Under the pieces are notes generated by a model. That model saw nothing but the letters and a program-made list of their open reading frames with translations, was not told where the DNA came from and did not search any database. A stretch of DNA of 32,000 bases from an uncultured Candidatus Saccharimonas sp. (GTDB lineage: Bacteria; Patescibacteriota; Saccharimonadia; Saccharimonadales; Saccharimonadaceae). The position numbers were made by a program, and so were the translations under genes. Position 1 is the stretch's first letter. The number at the start of each line of letters is the position of its first letter. Below are positions 17,772 through 26,598 of the stretch, piece by piece. The stretch is taken from assembly GCA_963528875.1 (NCBI GenBank), contig CAURWT010000001.1, positions 120,001-152,000 on the forward strand, read 5' to 3'.

Positions 17772-19439
17772 TTATTTTAAGAATCCCATCACAACAATTA
17801 CAATAAGGCTAATTAAAGTTAAAATAGCCATTAATGGAGCAGTTCTCTTAACCCAGTTTTTATAAGGAACACCTGCGAGCGCTAAACCAGCCATTAATGA
17901 TGCAATTGTAGGGGCAACCATATTAAGAAGTCCAGATGCAGTCGCAAACGCAACGACAGCAATTTCTTTAGTTGAACCAGCCAAATCTGCAACAGGAGCA
18001 ATAATTGGCATTGTAGCCTCTGCTAAACCAGAAGATGATGGAATGATAAATGACATTGGGATATAGAAAATATAAGCCAAAACACCAAATATCTGTGATG
18101 GAACTTTTCGAAGAAGTTCTTCACCCCAATAAACAATCGTATCTTGAATTCCACCAGCCTGCATCAAAACGCCAATTGCTGCAGCAACCGCAATAATTAA
18201 AGCAACACTCAATAAATCTGCCGAGCCAGCAAGGAAAGTATTTGTTACAGAAACATCATCTTTTTTAAATTCCTCATGATAAAGAATTTTAATCATTATT
18301 GTCGAGATTAAGAACAGTGCTGAAATTTCGTTAAAATACCAAGAACCAAATGGAACAGCATGCTCAAATCCGAAGATTCCACCAATAATAGGCAAAGTTG
18401 CGAGCCATTCGTGCCAGTCTTCAAAGAATGTTACGTGCAAATCTTTCCAAGGAACAAGTGACATAATCATCACAAGGAAAGTTAGCCCAAAAATTCCCAT
18501 TACAAATTTTCGCTCAAGTGTAAATTCTGGTACTTTCGAAGCATCAATTGCTTTAACTGCCGGTTTTCCTTTAGAATCTTCAGCATATTCACCAGCTTTA
18601 ACTTTAGCAGCATATCGCATCGTAAAGATAATCGAAGCAGCTAAAGATGCAACTAGAATTATAAACTGAGGCAATAATATTTTCGATAATTCTGCACCAG
18701 CAGCGTTTGCAGCAATAATAGTTGAGAATGGATTTACAGTTGAAGCTAAAACACCTGAGCCAGCTCCAAGAACAATTACCATTACGGCAGTCATTGAATT
18801 ATAACCAGCAGCAATCATAATTGGCACGATTAATGCATAAAACGCCACCGCTTCTTCTTGCATACCATAAGTAGTTCCGCCAATCGCAAAAAGTGTCATT
18901 AAAACTGGAATAATCCACTTTTCTTTACCTTTCATCTTTTTGAGTAAACCACCAATTGCAGAATCAAGTGCACCGGTTTTCATCACAACACCCAAGAACC
19001 CACCAAGGATTAAGATGAATACGATTACATCAAGTTTCTTAGCCATTCCATAAATTGGAGACAAGAAAATATCCCAAAATCCTTGCTTTAGATTAATGTA
19101 ATAATCTTTTTTCTCTTTTTCAGCTTTTTTAAAATCGCTTGCTGCATTTTTATAACCTTTGCTTTCTGCCTCAGAAATTGAAATTTCGGTTTTTGGATTT
19201 TTAACTTCTTCAACAACTTTCAAGCGTTTTTCAGTTTGCGAGTAACTGTTGGATTTAATTTTTCCATCTTCCAGTCGTTCATAACGACCACTTGGTATAA
19301 GCCAAGTTAATCCAGCCATTATTGCAATAATAATGAATAAAACACTAAAAGCTGACGGCGATTTAAACACTTTTAGCTTTTTCGAAACCTTTTTAACCTT
19401 TTTTGAAGCAGTTTTATCTGCATCTTTTTTCATAGCCAT
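17772..19439 (-). CDS. arcD: ArcD/YfcC-family (DcuC-like, IT superfamily) transporter, putative arginine/ornithine antiporter
   Basis: 555 aa, polytopic throughout, SD AGGAGAAG. Lies immediately downstream of arcA-arcB. The family assignment rests on overall pattern and context, not on a search. Confidence 0.8.
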   Translation of the reverse strand: MAMKKDADKTASKKVKKVSKKLKVFKSPSAFSVLFIIIAIMAGLTWLIPSGRYERLEDGKIKSNSYSQTEKRLKVVEEVKNPKTEISISEAESKGYKNAASDFKKAEKEKKDYYINLKQGFWDIFLSPIYGMAKKLDVIVFILILGGFLGVVMKTGALDSAIGGLLKKMKGKEKWIIPVLMTLFAIGGTTYGMQEEAVAFYALIVPIMIAAGYNSMTAVMVIVLGAGSGVLASTVNPFSTIIAANAAGAELSKILLPQFIILVASLAASIIFTMRYAAKVKAGEYAEDSKGKPAVKAIDASKVPEFTLERKFVMGIFGLTFLVMIMSLVPWKDLHVTFFEDWHEWLATLPIIGGIFGFEHAVPFGSWYFNEISALFLISTIMIKILYHEEFKKDDVSVTNTFLAGSADLLSVALIIAVAAAIGVLMQAGGIQDTIVYWGEELLRKVPSQIFGVLAYIFYIPMSFIIPSSSGLAEATMPIIAPVADLAGSTKEIAVVAFATASGLLNMVAPTIASLMAGLALAGVPYKNWVKRTAPLMAILTLISLIVIVVMGFLK

Positions 19440-19454
19440 TTTCTTCTCCTAAAA

Positions 19455-20444
19455 TTACAAAGTTAAAGCCATAACCGCTTTAATCGTGTGCATGCGGTTT
19501 TCAGCTTCATCGAATACAATTGAAGTGTTTGAGTTAAAGACTTCATCAGTAACTTCCATTTCTTTCAATCCATATTTTTCGAAAATTTCTTTTCCAATTT
19601 TTGTATTTAAATCATGGAATGCTGGTAAACAGTGCATAAATTTCACATTTGGGTTTCCAGTTGCATGAAGAAGTGCCATATTTACTTGAAATCCGCGTAG
19701 TTGGTGGATTCGTTCCTCAAATTTATCTTCTTCTCCCATTGATACCCATACATCAGTATAGATGAAATCTGCGCCGTGAGCAGCACCATATAGGTCATCT
19801 GTAATTGTAATTTTCGCACCAGTTTCACGGGCAATTTCACGGCATTTTTCAACCAAGGCAGGGTCTGGATGAAGATTATTTGGAGCAGCAATTCGAAAAT
19901 CAACACCCATTTTAGCTGAGCCAATCATCAAGCTGTTCGCCATATTATTGCGTCCGTCACCAACAAATACTAATTTAGCACCTTTTAGATATCCAAGATG
20001 TTCTTCAATTGTCATAAAATCAGCCAAAATTTGAGTTGGGTGATACATATCAGTCAAACCATTCCAAACAGGCACACCAGCATATTTTGCAAGCTCTTCA
20101 ACGGTCGAATGATCGAAACCACGAAATTCAATTCCATCAAATGAGCGACCAAGTACAATTGCTGTATCTTTAATTGACTCCTTCTTACCCATTTGAATAT
20201 CATCTTTACCTAAAAATTCTGGGTGAATTCCCAAATCTCGAGCCGCCACAGTGAAAGCAGTTCGAGTTCGGGTTGAAGTTTTTTCGAAAAGCAAAGCAAC
20301 TTGCTTACCTTCGTGAATTTTGTGAGCAATTCCAGCTCGTTTTAAACGTTTGTACTCATGCGAAACATCAAGCATCAAGCGAATTTCTTCTGGTGCAAAA
20401 TCTAAAAGTGTTAGAAAATTTCGATTTTTCAAATTTAATGCCAT
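19455..20444 (-). CDS. arcB: Ornithine carbamoyltransferase (catabolic context)
   Basis: STRTR carbamoyl-phosphate motif ([10 protein letters not shown]), HPTQ, DVWVSMG, HCLPAFH. I prefer ATG 20444 ([10 protein letters not shown]...), which has GAGAGGAG upstream and sits 2 nt after the arcA TAA. Confidence 0.95.
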   Translation of the reverse strand: MALNLKNRNFLTLLDFAPEEIRLMLDVSHEYKRLKRAGIAHKIHEGKQVALLFEKTSTRTRTAFTVAARDLGIHPEFLGKDDIQMGKKESIKDTAIVLGRSFDGIEFRGFDHSTVEELAKYAGVPVWNGLTDMYHPTQILADFMTIEEHLGYLKGAKLVFVGDGRNNMANSLMIGSAKMGVDFRIAAPNNLHPDPALVEKCREIARETGAKITITDDLYGAAHGADFIYTDVWVSMGEEDKFEERIHQLRGFQVNMALLHATGNPNVKFMHCLPAFHDLNTKIGKEIFEKYGLKEMEVTDEVFNSNTSIVFDEAENRMHTIKAVMALTL

Positions 20445-20446
20445 TA

Positions 20447-21697
20447 TTAAATCTCCTCTCTCCAAATTGGCATTGACATACAGCGTGGGCCCCCACGACC
20501 ACGACCAAGCTCAGCTCCTTGAATTTCAATAACTTCAACACCAGCTTCACGCAGAGCTCTGTTGGTTACATAGTTTCGATCATAAGTTACAACTACACCT
20601 GGAGCGATTGCTAGAGTATTCGAGCCGTCGTTCCACTGTTCGCGAGCCGCCGCAATCGGATCACCATCACCGCATTGAATCAAAGTTACATGGCCGAGAC
20701 CAAGAACTTCCTCTAGGGTTTCTTTCAAATTTGTTCGATGAGTAATTTTTGGCTGTCCTGGAATACCAGAATCTTCCAAAACGTAAATATTCAATTCACC
20801 ATCTTTGTCTAAAATTTCTGGGTGAACTGTAAATTTATCATAATCAATCATTGTGAAAACAGTATCAAGATGCATAAAAGCATGTGAAACTGGAATTTGA
20901 ATTGCTAAAATTTTATTAAAATCTGAAAATTCAAACAATTTCGAAGCAACTTTTTCGATTGCTTCAGGAGTTGTTCGTTGTGAAACACCAATCGCCATTA
21001 CATTCTTCGAAAGAACTAGCTCATCACCACCTTCCATATTGAATTTATTATAGCGATCAAACCAAACCGGAACTTCACCACCAGGAGTTTTTGCTGCAAA
21101 TCGTGGGTGATAGCGCATAATATATTCCATAAACAAACTCTCGCGTCGGCGAGCTGGATATCGCATTTTGTTGATTGTTAAACCATTTCCAACTGCAGCT
21201 GCTGGGTCACGAGTAAAGTAAAGATTTGGCATTGGGTCGAGCAAAAATGGATAGTCGCTCTTAAAATAATAGTTCAAATGAGATTTTTCATCTTCATCAG
21301 TTTTAATTTCATCTTTTTTAACACCCGCCATAATTTTTCGAACAAGCTCGAGTGGCTCAAATTCTCCTAAATAACGCATCAAAGCATGGGTTACATGTCG
21401 TTCACCTTGCTTCGAAGCTCGCACAAAATCAGAAATAAATCGCCACTTAATTTCATCATTATAAAGCGATTCTGCTGCTAATTGATCGAGATAAAGAACT
21501 TCAACTCCATGATTTCGAAGAGTTTCCGCAAAAGCATCATGCTCAGCTTGTGCAACCTCCAAATATGGAATATCATCAAAGAGTAGCTGTTCCAAATAAT
21601 CCGGAGTTAGCCCTTCGAGTTCTTTTCCTGGTCTATGTAAAATTACGGTTTTGAGTTTTCCGATTTCACTATTAACTTGAATCGGTTTTTCACCCAT
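20447..21697 (-). CDS. arcA: Arginine deiminase
   Basis: [38 protein letters not shown], and a C-terminal catalytic Cys in [10 protein letters not shown] prefer ATG 21697 (MGEKPIQV...) with GGGAGGG upstream. The track start at 21739 overlaps the promoter -10. Confidence 0.95.
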   Translation of the reverse strand: MGEKPIQVNSEIGKLKTVILHRPGKELEGLTPDYLEQLLFDDIPYLEVAQAEHDAFAETLRNHGVEVLYLDQLAAESLYNDEIKWRFISDFVRASKQGERHVTHALMRYLGEFEPLELVRKIMAGVKKDEIKTDEDEKSHLNYYFKSDYPFLLDPMPNLYFTRDPAAAVGNGLTINKMRYPARRRESLFMEYIMRYHPRFAAKTPGGEVPVWFDRYNKFNMEGGDELVLSKNVMAIGVSQRTTPEAIEKVASKLFEFSDFNKILAIQIPVSHAFMHLDTVFTMIDYDKFTVHPEILDKDGELNIYVLEDSGIPGQPKITHRTNLKETLEEVLGLGHVTLIQCGDGDPIAAAREQWNDGSNTLAIAPGVVVTYDRNYVTNRALREAGVEVIEIQGAELGRGRGGPRCMSMPIWREEI

Positions 21698-21729
21698 ATT
21701 CCCTCCCTTTATTTTATGTTTATGCTTTA

Positions 21730-21758
21730 ATTTTACCATAAAGATTATCTTTTATCAA
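21730..21758 (-). promoter_or_regulatory. Promoter of the arc cluster
   Basis: Minus strand TTGATA (21753-21758), 17-nt spacer, extended -10 TGGTAAAAT (21730-21738). Confidence 0.6.
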
Positions 21759-21772
21759 ACGATTTAACTTTA

Positions 21773-21801
21773 TTGACTTTTTATTAGAAAAATTATATAA
21801 T
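21773..21801 (+). promoter_or_regulatory. Near-consensus promoter of the 108-aa orphan gene
   Basis: TTGACT (21773-21778), 17-nt spacer, TATAAT (21796-21801). GGAGGTG SD precedes ATG 21836. Confidence 0.7.
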
Positions 21802-21835
21802 AATAGCATCTTAGTACATTTTTGGAGGTGAAAAT

Positions 21836-22162
21836 ATGGTAAAAATTAGAGTTTCGCACAAATTTCTAAAACGAATAGTCGAATTAGATATTCCAGAAGA
21901 TTTACTTATCAAAGCCGAAAAAGGCTACTCTTCTGCAATTTATAAAATTTTTAAAATGTATTTTGCCAAATGTAACTATTCGCGCAAAAAAGTTCAAGCC
22001 CAAAGTATAATTTTTCAGAGAATTGACTCAAACTTTAAAACCGTAAAAAGTCAATCTTTCGCACATAGATCAGATGATTTCTCAGCCTGTGAAAAAGAAA
22101 ATTGCTCATTTTGTGAGGCTGGAAAATATGAAGAATGCCCGAATAATCGCCGTAAATTATAA
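21836..22162 (+). CDS. Hypothetical basic 108-aa protein with a C-terminal four-Cys cluster
   Basis: Strong promoter and SD. C-terminus reads CEKENCSFCEAGKYEEC (C-x4-C-x2-C-x7-C). The N-terminus MVKIRVSHKFLKRIVELDIPEDLL is vaguely ribbon-helix-helix-like. No family recognised. Confidence 0.6.
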   Translation: MVKIRVSHKFLKRIVELDIPEDLLIKAEKGYSSAIYKIFKMYFAKCNYSRKKVQAQSIIFQRIDSNFKTVKSQSFAHRSDDFSACEKENCSFCEAGKYEECPNNRRKL

Positions 22163-22190
22163 AACTCTTTTGAAAAGGGTTTTATTTTTT
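22161..22190. terminator. Bidirectional terminator between the convergent 108-aa gene and the MscS gene
   Basis: AAAACTCTT-TTGAA-AAGGGTTTT hairpin (one G.U pair), flanked by A- and T-runs. Overlaps both stop codons. Confidence 0.6.
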
Positions 22191-23123
22191 AAATTGTTTT
22201 ATAGATGAATGCTTTTGGTGGCGAGTGCGAGCTTTTGAATTTTTCATTTTAGCGGTAATTCGATTTACATCATGAATGACCATTTGTGGATAAGGCAAAA
22301 TAATATCGTTTTCATCAAAAGCTTTTTTGATTTCCCGCCGAAAAATTCCGGCAACATTCCATTGTTTTCCAGCTTTCACCCTTCCTAAACACTTAATTTC
22401 CATCGAGGAATCCAAGAATTTATTCACTCGTACGAATACAATTGGCTCAATAATATCTTTTTTCAATTCCGGATCTTCAAGCATTTTTAGCCCAACATTA
22501 TTTATCACCTTTTCCAAAACATCAATATCCGTATCATAAGATACACCAAAAAGTAAGTTGACATTAGCATATTTAAACGAAAGATTGGTTACCGCTTCGC
22601 TTGCACCATTTCGAATTGTATGAACCTTTCCGTCGGCATCACGAACCTGCGTAATTCGTAAAGAAATATTTTCTACTTTCCCCGAAATTAGCCTTCCCGC
22701 AATCATAATTTCAATTGTATCTCCAACTCGATATTGATTTTCACCAACGATAAAAAATCCCGCTAAAATATCACGCGTTGTCGTTTGAGCACCAAGACCA
22801 ACCACTACACCAATTAAACCAGCACCCGTCATTAAAGATGCAACATTAACACCAATTGAGCTAAGAAAGTTTATCGCCGCAGTCATCCAAATAACAATAT
22901 CAATCGCAGTTTTTGCAATTTTTGAAATAGTTTCATTTCTCTTCAATCGCTCCTCGGAGCGTTTTATTTTTTTAGTTTTTTTACGAATACCAAAAGCAAA
23001 ATCGATAGTTTTACGTGATAAAAAACTTGCAAGAATTGCAGCAAAAATAATGACAATTGGGTTAAACCAATCGTAATCCAAAAAACCTGTTATAAATTTT
23101 TCGAAACTCTTAAAAATATCCAT
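22182..23123 (-). CDS. Small-conductance mechanosensitive channel (MscS family)
   Basis: 313 aa. Three N-terminal TMs, pore-helix region GLIGVVVGLGAQTTTRDILAGFFIVGENQYRVGDTIEI, and a beta-domain typical of MscS. Confidence 0.9.
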   Translation of the reverse strand: MDIFKSFEKFITGFLDYDWFNPIVIIFAAILASFLSRKTIDFAFGIRKKTKKIKRSEERLKRNETISKIAKTAIDIVIWMTAAINFLSSIGVNVASLMTGAGLIGVVVGLGAQTTTRDILAGFFIVGENQYRVGDTIEIMIAGRLISGKVENISLRITQVRDADGKVHTIRNGASEAVTNLSFKYANVNLLFGVSYDTDIDVLEKVINNVGLKMLEDPELKKDIIEPIVFVRVNKFLDSSMEIKCLGRVKAGKQWNVAGIFRREIKKAFDENDIILPYPQMVIHDVNRITAKMKNSKARTRHQKHSSIKQFKK

Positions 23124-23167
23124 TACTAATTATTATTAAAACATAAACACTTTATTTTTTCAATATT

Positions 23168-23518
23168 CTAATACCACAAAGTTAGAATTGCATCATCAAT
23201 TTTTCTTGCTTGTTCGATTTGATTATTTTCAGCATAAAAGTCTCGCTTCTTAACTAAAAAATCATGAATATTTTTTTCATCGCCAGAAAGTTCTGATATT
23301 TGTTTCTTAATAGAAATCGAACGAGCTTCGCCGCCATCAGATTTAGTTATTTTTCCCATTAAAACCAAATTATCGATATGCTTTGCTACCGTTGCAACAG
23401 ATTTATAACCCATACCACGAGCAATTTCGCGATATGTTGGGCTATAACCAGATTCTTCAATAAAAACTTCTACAAAATTCAACAGTTCAACTTGTTTTTT
23501 AGTCAAATTAATTGCCAT
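23168..23518 (-). CDS. LexA N-terminal DNA-binding-domain protein lacking the S24 autopeptidase domain
   Basis: LTKKQVELLNFVEVFIEESGYSPTYREIARGMGYKSVATVAKHIDNLVLMGKITK aligns (from memory) with E. coli LexA residues ~4-60. The remaining ~50 aa have no Ala-Gly site or Ser/Lys dyad. I prefer ATG 23518 with AGGTGA 5 nt upstream. 11-nt overlap with the LCP gene. Confidence 0.8.
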   Translation of the reverse strand: MAINLTKKQVELLNFVEVFIEESGYSPTYREIARGMGYKSVATVAKHIDNLVLMGKITKSDGGEARSISIKKQISELSGDEKNIHDFLVKKRDFYAENNQIEQARKIDDAILTLWY

Positions 23519-25199
23519 TATCTTCACCTAACAAAATAATTATATCTGAACCTTCTCCTATTTTTGATAATTCTGATGGTAATTTTTCAGCTTTGGTTGA
23601 ATATTTAGATTCAAGATTTTTAATTGTTGCGGTTTTCGAATCTTTTTTCACATAATAAATTTTAGTTTTAGCATAATCTCGCTTTGGTGCAGAATCAATA
23701 TCTTGAATATTAAAGCCTTCCTTCTCAAGATTTTTCTGTTCTTGAGCCGCCAATCCCGAATAATTCGTGCCATTTAAAATTTTAATTTTAGCGTTTTCCT
23801 TAATAACCTCACCACCAATTGTATTTTTTGAAATATAAGCTTGAATTTGGCTATAATTATAAGTTCCAGCTTTTGGTAAAACTGCACTCACTGAATTAAT
23901 TACTCCAGTTGTAAAATAATTTGCAGGCTGATCATTTTCATTAACAAGTGGTAAAGAAGTTATAGATCCACCGTTAAAGTCTTGAGCAATTTCAGCCGCA
24001 GTTTTTAGTTCATCTCCACTAAATGAGTGGTGGATATTTTCGCCCAAAGATGAAGCGAGCGAAAGTAAAGTTATTGGGTTAGTTTTTTGTTCGTTTATCT
24101 TAGAAAACGCCGCTTTTAAAATCTTCTGTTGATTTCGTTCACGATCAAAATTACTTCCACTTAAACCAACTCCACCCTCTGAACCTCGAGCGCGTGAAAA
24201 CGCTAATGCCGTTTCACCATCCATATGATAAGTTTCACCACTCTTATAGTTAATTTTTGTAGCTACATCATAAACTCGGTTCGAGCCATCATAAGCTTCA
24301 ACTTTCACATCAATTCCGCCAACAGAATTAATAGCGTCAATTAGAACTTTCCAATTGCCATGAACAACATATTGAATATCTAAACCTAGAATTTCTTTTG
24401 CTTTTTTAGCTAAAGCGCTTTGACCAGCTTTCTCTGATTCTTCTTCACTTGAGCCACTATTTTTAGCATCATAATAACTACAACCATAGGTTTCATTAAG
24501 TTTTCCGGCAGTTGTTCCAAGCCAGCTACGACAAGTATGTTTAACCCAAAGGTCTCGCGGTAACGAGATAGTATAAATTTTCTTAGTTTCCTGATTAACA
24601 GACACAACCATCACAGAATCGGTCAAGTTCTCGCCATCCCAACCTTTTGGCGAAGTTCCAAAAAGTAAAATATTTGTACGACCATTAGAATCAGCCTTCA
24701 ACTTCTTTTTCTCTCCAAAAACGGCACCAATAACATTACCATTCGTTAATTTATACAAATCTTTGTATGCTTTATATGCAAAATATACACCAACGATAAT
24801 TAAAATCGATAAAATAATAGCAAAAATTTGCCCCAAAATTCGACGTCGCTTAAATTGCTCTAAGGAAAGAGCTTCTTTACCTTTTTTCTCGCGCTTCAAA
24901 TTCTTTTTTTCGAGTTTTCGAAGAAGCTTTCGTTGTTTTTTTGAAGCTATTCGTTCTTTCCGCTCATTTTCCTGAACTTCTTCAATTTCTAAATTTTGTA
25001 AAGCAGACTCAATATCTTCATTTAAATTTTCTTCTCGATTTTTAGCTTTTTTCGAATGCTCAATTTTCGTTATTCTTGGTTGAACCTGATTGTTCGAAAC
25101 TGGTTTTTTAGCTAATTTCTCATAACTGTTATCACGACTTAAAGAATCGACCCGTCGTCTTGGTGTGAATCCATCTATTGATTGCTGATTTTTTTTCAT
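23508..25199 (-). CDS. LytR-CpsA-Psr (LCP) family glycopolymer ligase with a C-terminal LytR_C-like domain
   Basis: Charged ~125-aa cytoplasmic N-terminus, one TM. LCP blocks TNILLFGTS, TDSVMVVSVN...ISLPRDLWV, GETALAFSRARG. C-terminal KIKILNGTNYSGLAAQ. Start is ATG 25199 or TTG 25211. Confidence 0.88.
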   Translation of the reverse strand: MKKNQQSIDGFTPRRRVDSLSRDNSYEKLAKKPVSNNQVQPRITKIEHSKKAKNREENLNEDIESALQNLEIEEVQENERKERIASKKQRKLLRKLEKKNLKREKKGKEALSLEQFKRRRILGQIFAIILSILIIVGVYFAYKAYKDLYKLTNGNVIGAVFGEKKKLKADSNGRTNILLFGTSPKGWDGENLTDSVMVVSVNQETKKIYTISLPRDLWVKHTCRSWLGTTAGKLNETYGCSYYDAKNSGSSEEESEKAGQSALAKKAKEILGLDIQYVVHGNWKVLIDAINSVGGIDVKVEAYDGSNRVYDVATKINYKSGETYHMDGETALAFSRARGSEGGVGLSGSNFDRERNQQKILKAAFSKINEQKTNPITLLSLASSLGENIHHSFSGDELKTAAEIAQDFNGGSITSLPLVNENDQPANYFTTGVINSVSAVLPKAGTYNYSQIQAYISKNTIGGEVIKENAKIKILNGTNYSGLAAQEQKNLEKEGFNIQDIDSAPKRDYAKTKIYYVKKDSKTATIKNLESKYSTKAEKLPSELSKIGEGSDIIILLGEDNGN

Positions 25200-26598
25200 A
25201 AGCTCTTTCAATTATAGCAAATGATACTGCTAAAATCAAATAAATATGTAGCGCATTTGGTAGTCCTGAAAAGAAAAACCATTGAACTAAAAACGCAGTT
25301 AAAATTGCCCAAATATACTTTTCTTCTCTAGATTTTAGAAAAATTCCGAATATTATTAAGCCCCAAATAATTAAACCAAAAATACCCAATTCTAATAAAA
25401 TCGATAAAAATTCATTCTGAACAATTTCTGAACTGTTAGCTATCTGGTGCGTGGAATTTAAAATCGCCGTTCCAGAAGCTCCAGAACCAACTCCAAAGAA
25501 TACAACAAAAGGGTTCGAAAGCCAAGTCTCTATTGCTAAATCCGACATTTTTGTGCGTTCATTGGTTGATTTTTCAACATAACCATCGAACATTGCCTTT
25601 TTAGGTTTTTCTATATCTTTTTCTGTTGATCCTTTTGAATTTAAACCATTGCTCTCAATTTCTGGCTCTTTAATTTCTTGATTAATCGCTTTTTCAATTT
25701 TCGGCAATTTAATTTTCCCCAAACTTATTTGGTTTACACTTTTAGAAATTGAATCATAAAAACCATCACTCACTCGCGGGTTTAACTCGGTAAAAATTGC
25801 ATGGAAAATCATTCCACCAAAAAAACTCGAAACAATAAACCAGCCAGAAATTAAAAAATTTTGTAAAATTACTTTTTTCGAAAGTTTTTGATTTACAAAA
25901 ATTAAAACTAAAACTGCCAATAAAAATGCAAAAATTGCGCCACGCGAAAGTGTTAAATATAAAGCAAAAAGCATAATCCAAACTGCTATTTTTTCTTTTT
26001 TTGTAGATTTTTTATTAAAAATTCTACTTATTAAAATTAAAATTGGTGCAAGAAGTATGCTTGCAAAAAATTGTGGTTCAATTGCAAAAACGCTTGGGCG
26101 CACAAATCCAAAACCTCGTGCACTGCACCCAGCGCAGAGGCCCCAATCCGACCAAGTTCCATAAACAACCTGAATTATTGCAAAGATTGACATTAAAAAA
26201 GCACTAAAAATAAAGTTTTTTATAAGGCTTTCAAACAATTTTTTATTTTTCGAAAAACTCAAAATCGCCAAAAAACCAAGCCATAAAACTAACCAAACGC
26301 CAGAAACCAAAAAACTCCTCAATTGATTTTGCGAACTTAAAATCGTTAAAAAATTCCAAAAAACAAAAAATCCAGTAATTAAAACTGCGTTATTTTTAAA
26401 AAGAGTTTTGCGGTTTTTAAAAATATTTTTAATGCTAAAGATTGCTAAAATTACAGCATAAATTAGAGCAATTGAAAACTCTAAATTTGCACCAGCTGCT
26501 TTTCCAAAATTAAAATTTGGGTAATATGAAAACCAAACCATAAATGGTGCAAAAAATAATATTTTTTCAGCTAAACTAAGTTTTTTAAATTTTTTCAT
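25132..26598 (-). CDS. O-antigen ligase / Wzy-like polytopic membrane protein
   Basis: About 11-12 TMs with the LTLSRGAIFAFLLAVL block (Wzy_C-like SRG motif) and a hydrophilic external loop. I prefer ATG 26598 (MKKFKKLSL...) with GGAAAGGA upstream; this gives a 14-nt overlap with the GT4 gene. Confidence 0.75.
   Translation of the reverse strand: MKKFKKLSLAEKILFFAPFMVWFSYYPNFNFGKAAGANLEFSIALIYAVILAIFSIKNIFKNRKTLFKNNAVLITGFFVFWNFLTILSSQNQLRSFLVSGVWLVLWLGFLAILSFSKNKKLFESLIKNFIFSAFLMSIFAIIQVVYGTWSDWGLCAGCSARGFGFVRPSVFAIEPQFFASILLAPILILISRIFNKKSTKKEKIAVWIMLFALYLTLSRGAIFAFLLAVLVLIFVNQKLSKKVILQNFLISGWFIVSSFFGGMIFHAIFTELNPRVSDGFYDSISKSVNQISLGKIKLPKIEKAINQEIKEPEIESNGLNSKGSTEKDIEKPKKAMFDGYVEKSTNERTKMSDLAIETWLSNPFVVFFGVGSGASGTAILNSTHQIANSSEIVQNEFLSILLELGIFGLIIWGLIIFGIFLKSREEKYIWAILTAFLVQWFFFSGLPNALHIYLILAVSFAIIERAYEKKSAINRWIHTKTTGRFFKS

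Noticed and set aside
21698-21739. N-terminal extensions in the ORF track: arcA ([14 protein letters not shown]), aspS (14616-14657), arcB (20445-20465), FtsX permease (4566-4580), ligase-like gene (26599-26688)
   Set aside because: Internal ATGs have proper SD sequences and match family N-termini. The arcA and aspS extensions start inside TGGTAAAAT promoter elements. The others would contain their own SD or create long overlaps.
21740-21752. Palindrome AAAGAT-T-ATCTTT in the arc promoter spacer as an operator
   Set aside because: Six-bp AT-rich arms are expected by chance in this composition, and there is no resemblance to ARG boxes or Crp/Fnr-type sites. I mention it only as a lead under the 108-aa orphan finding.
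24840-25130. Lys/Glu/Arg-rich low-complexity stretch, considered as a tandem repeat or coiled-coil effector
   Set aside because: It is the cytoplasmic N-terminal tail of the LCP protein. I saw no exact nucleotide periodicity. A similar charged patch at 11990-12080 belongs to the 137-aa membrane protein.
25132-25211. 68-80-nt overlap of the ligase-like and LCP genes, considered as a frameshifted pseudogene
   Set aside because: Both reading frames are long and intact with family motifs. The overlap only adds a short hydrophilic tail to the upstream protein. It stays as a note inside the operon finding.
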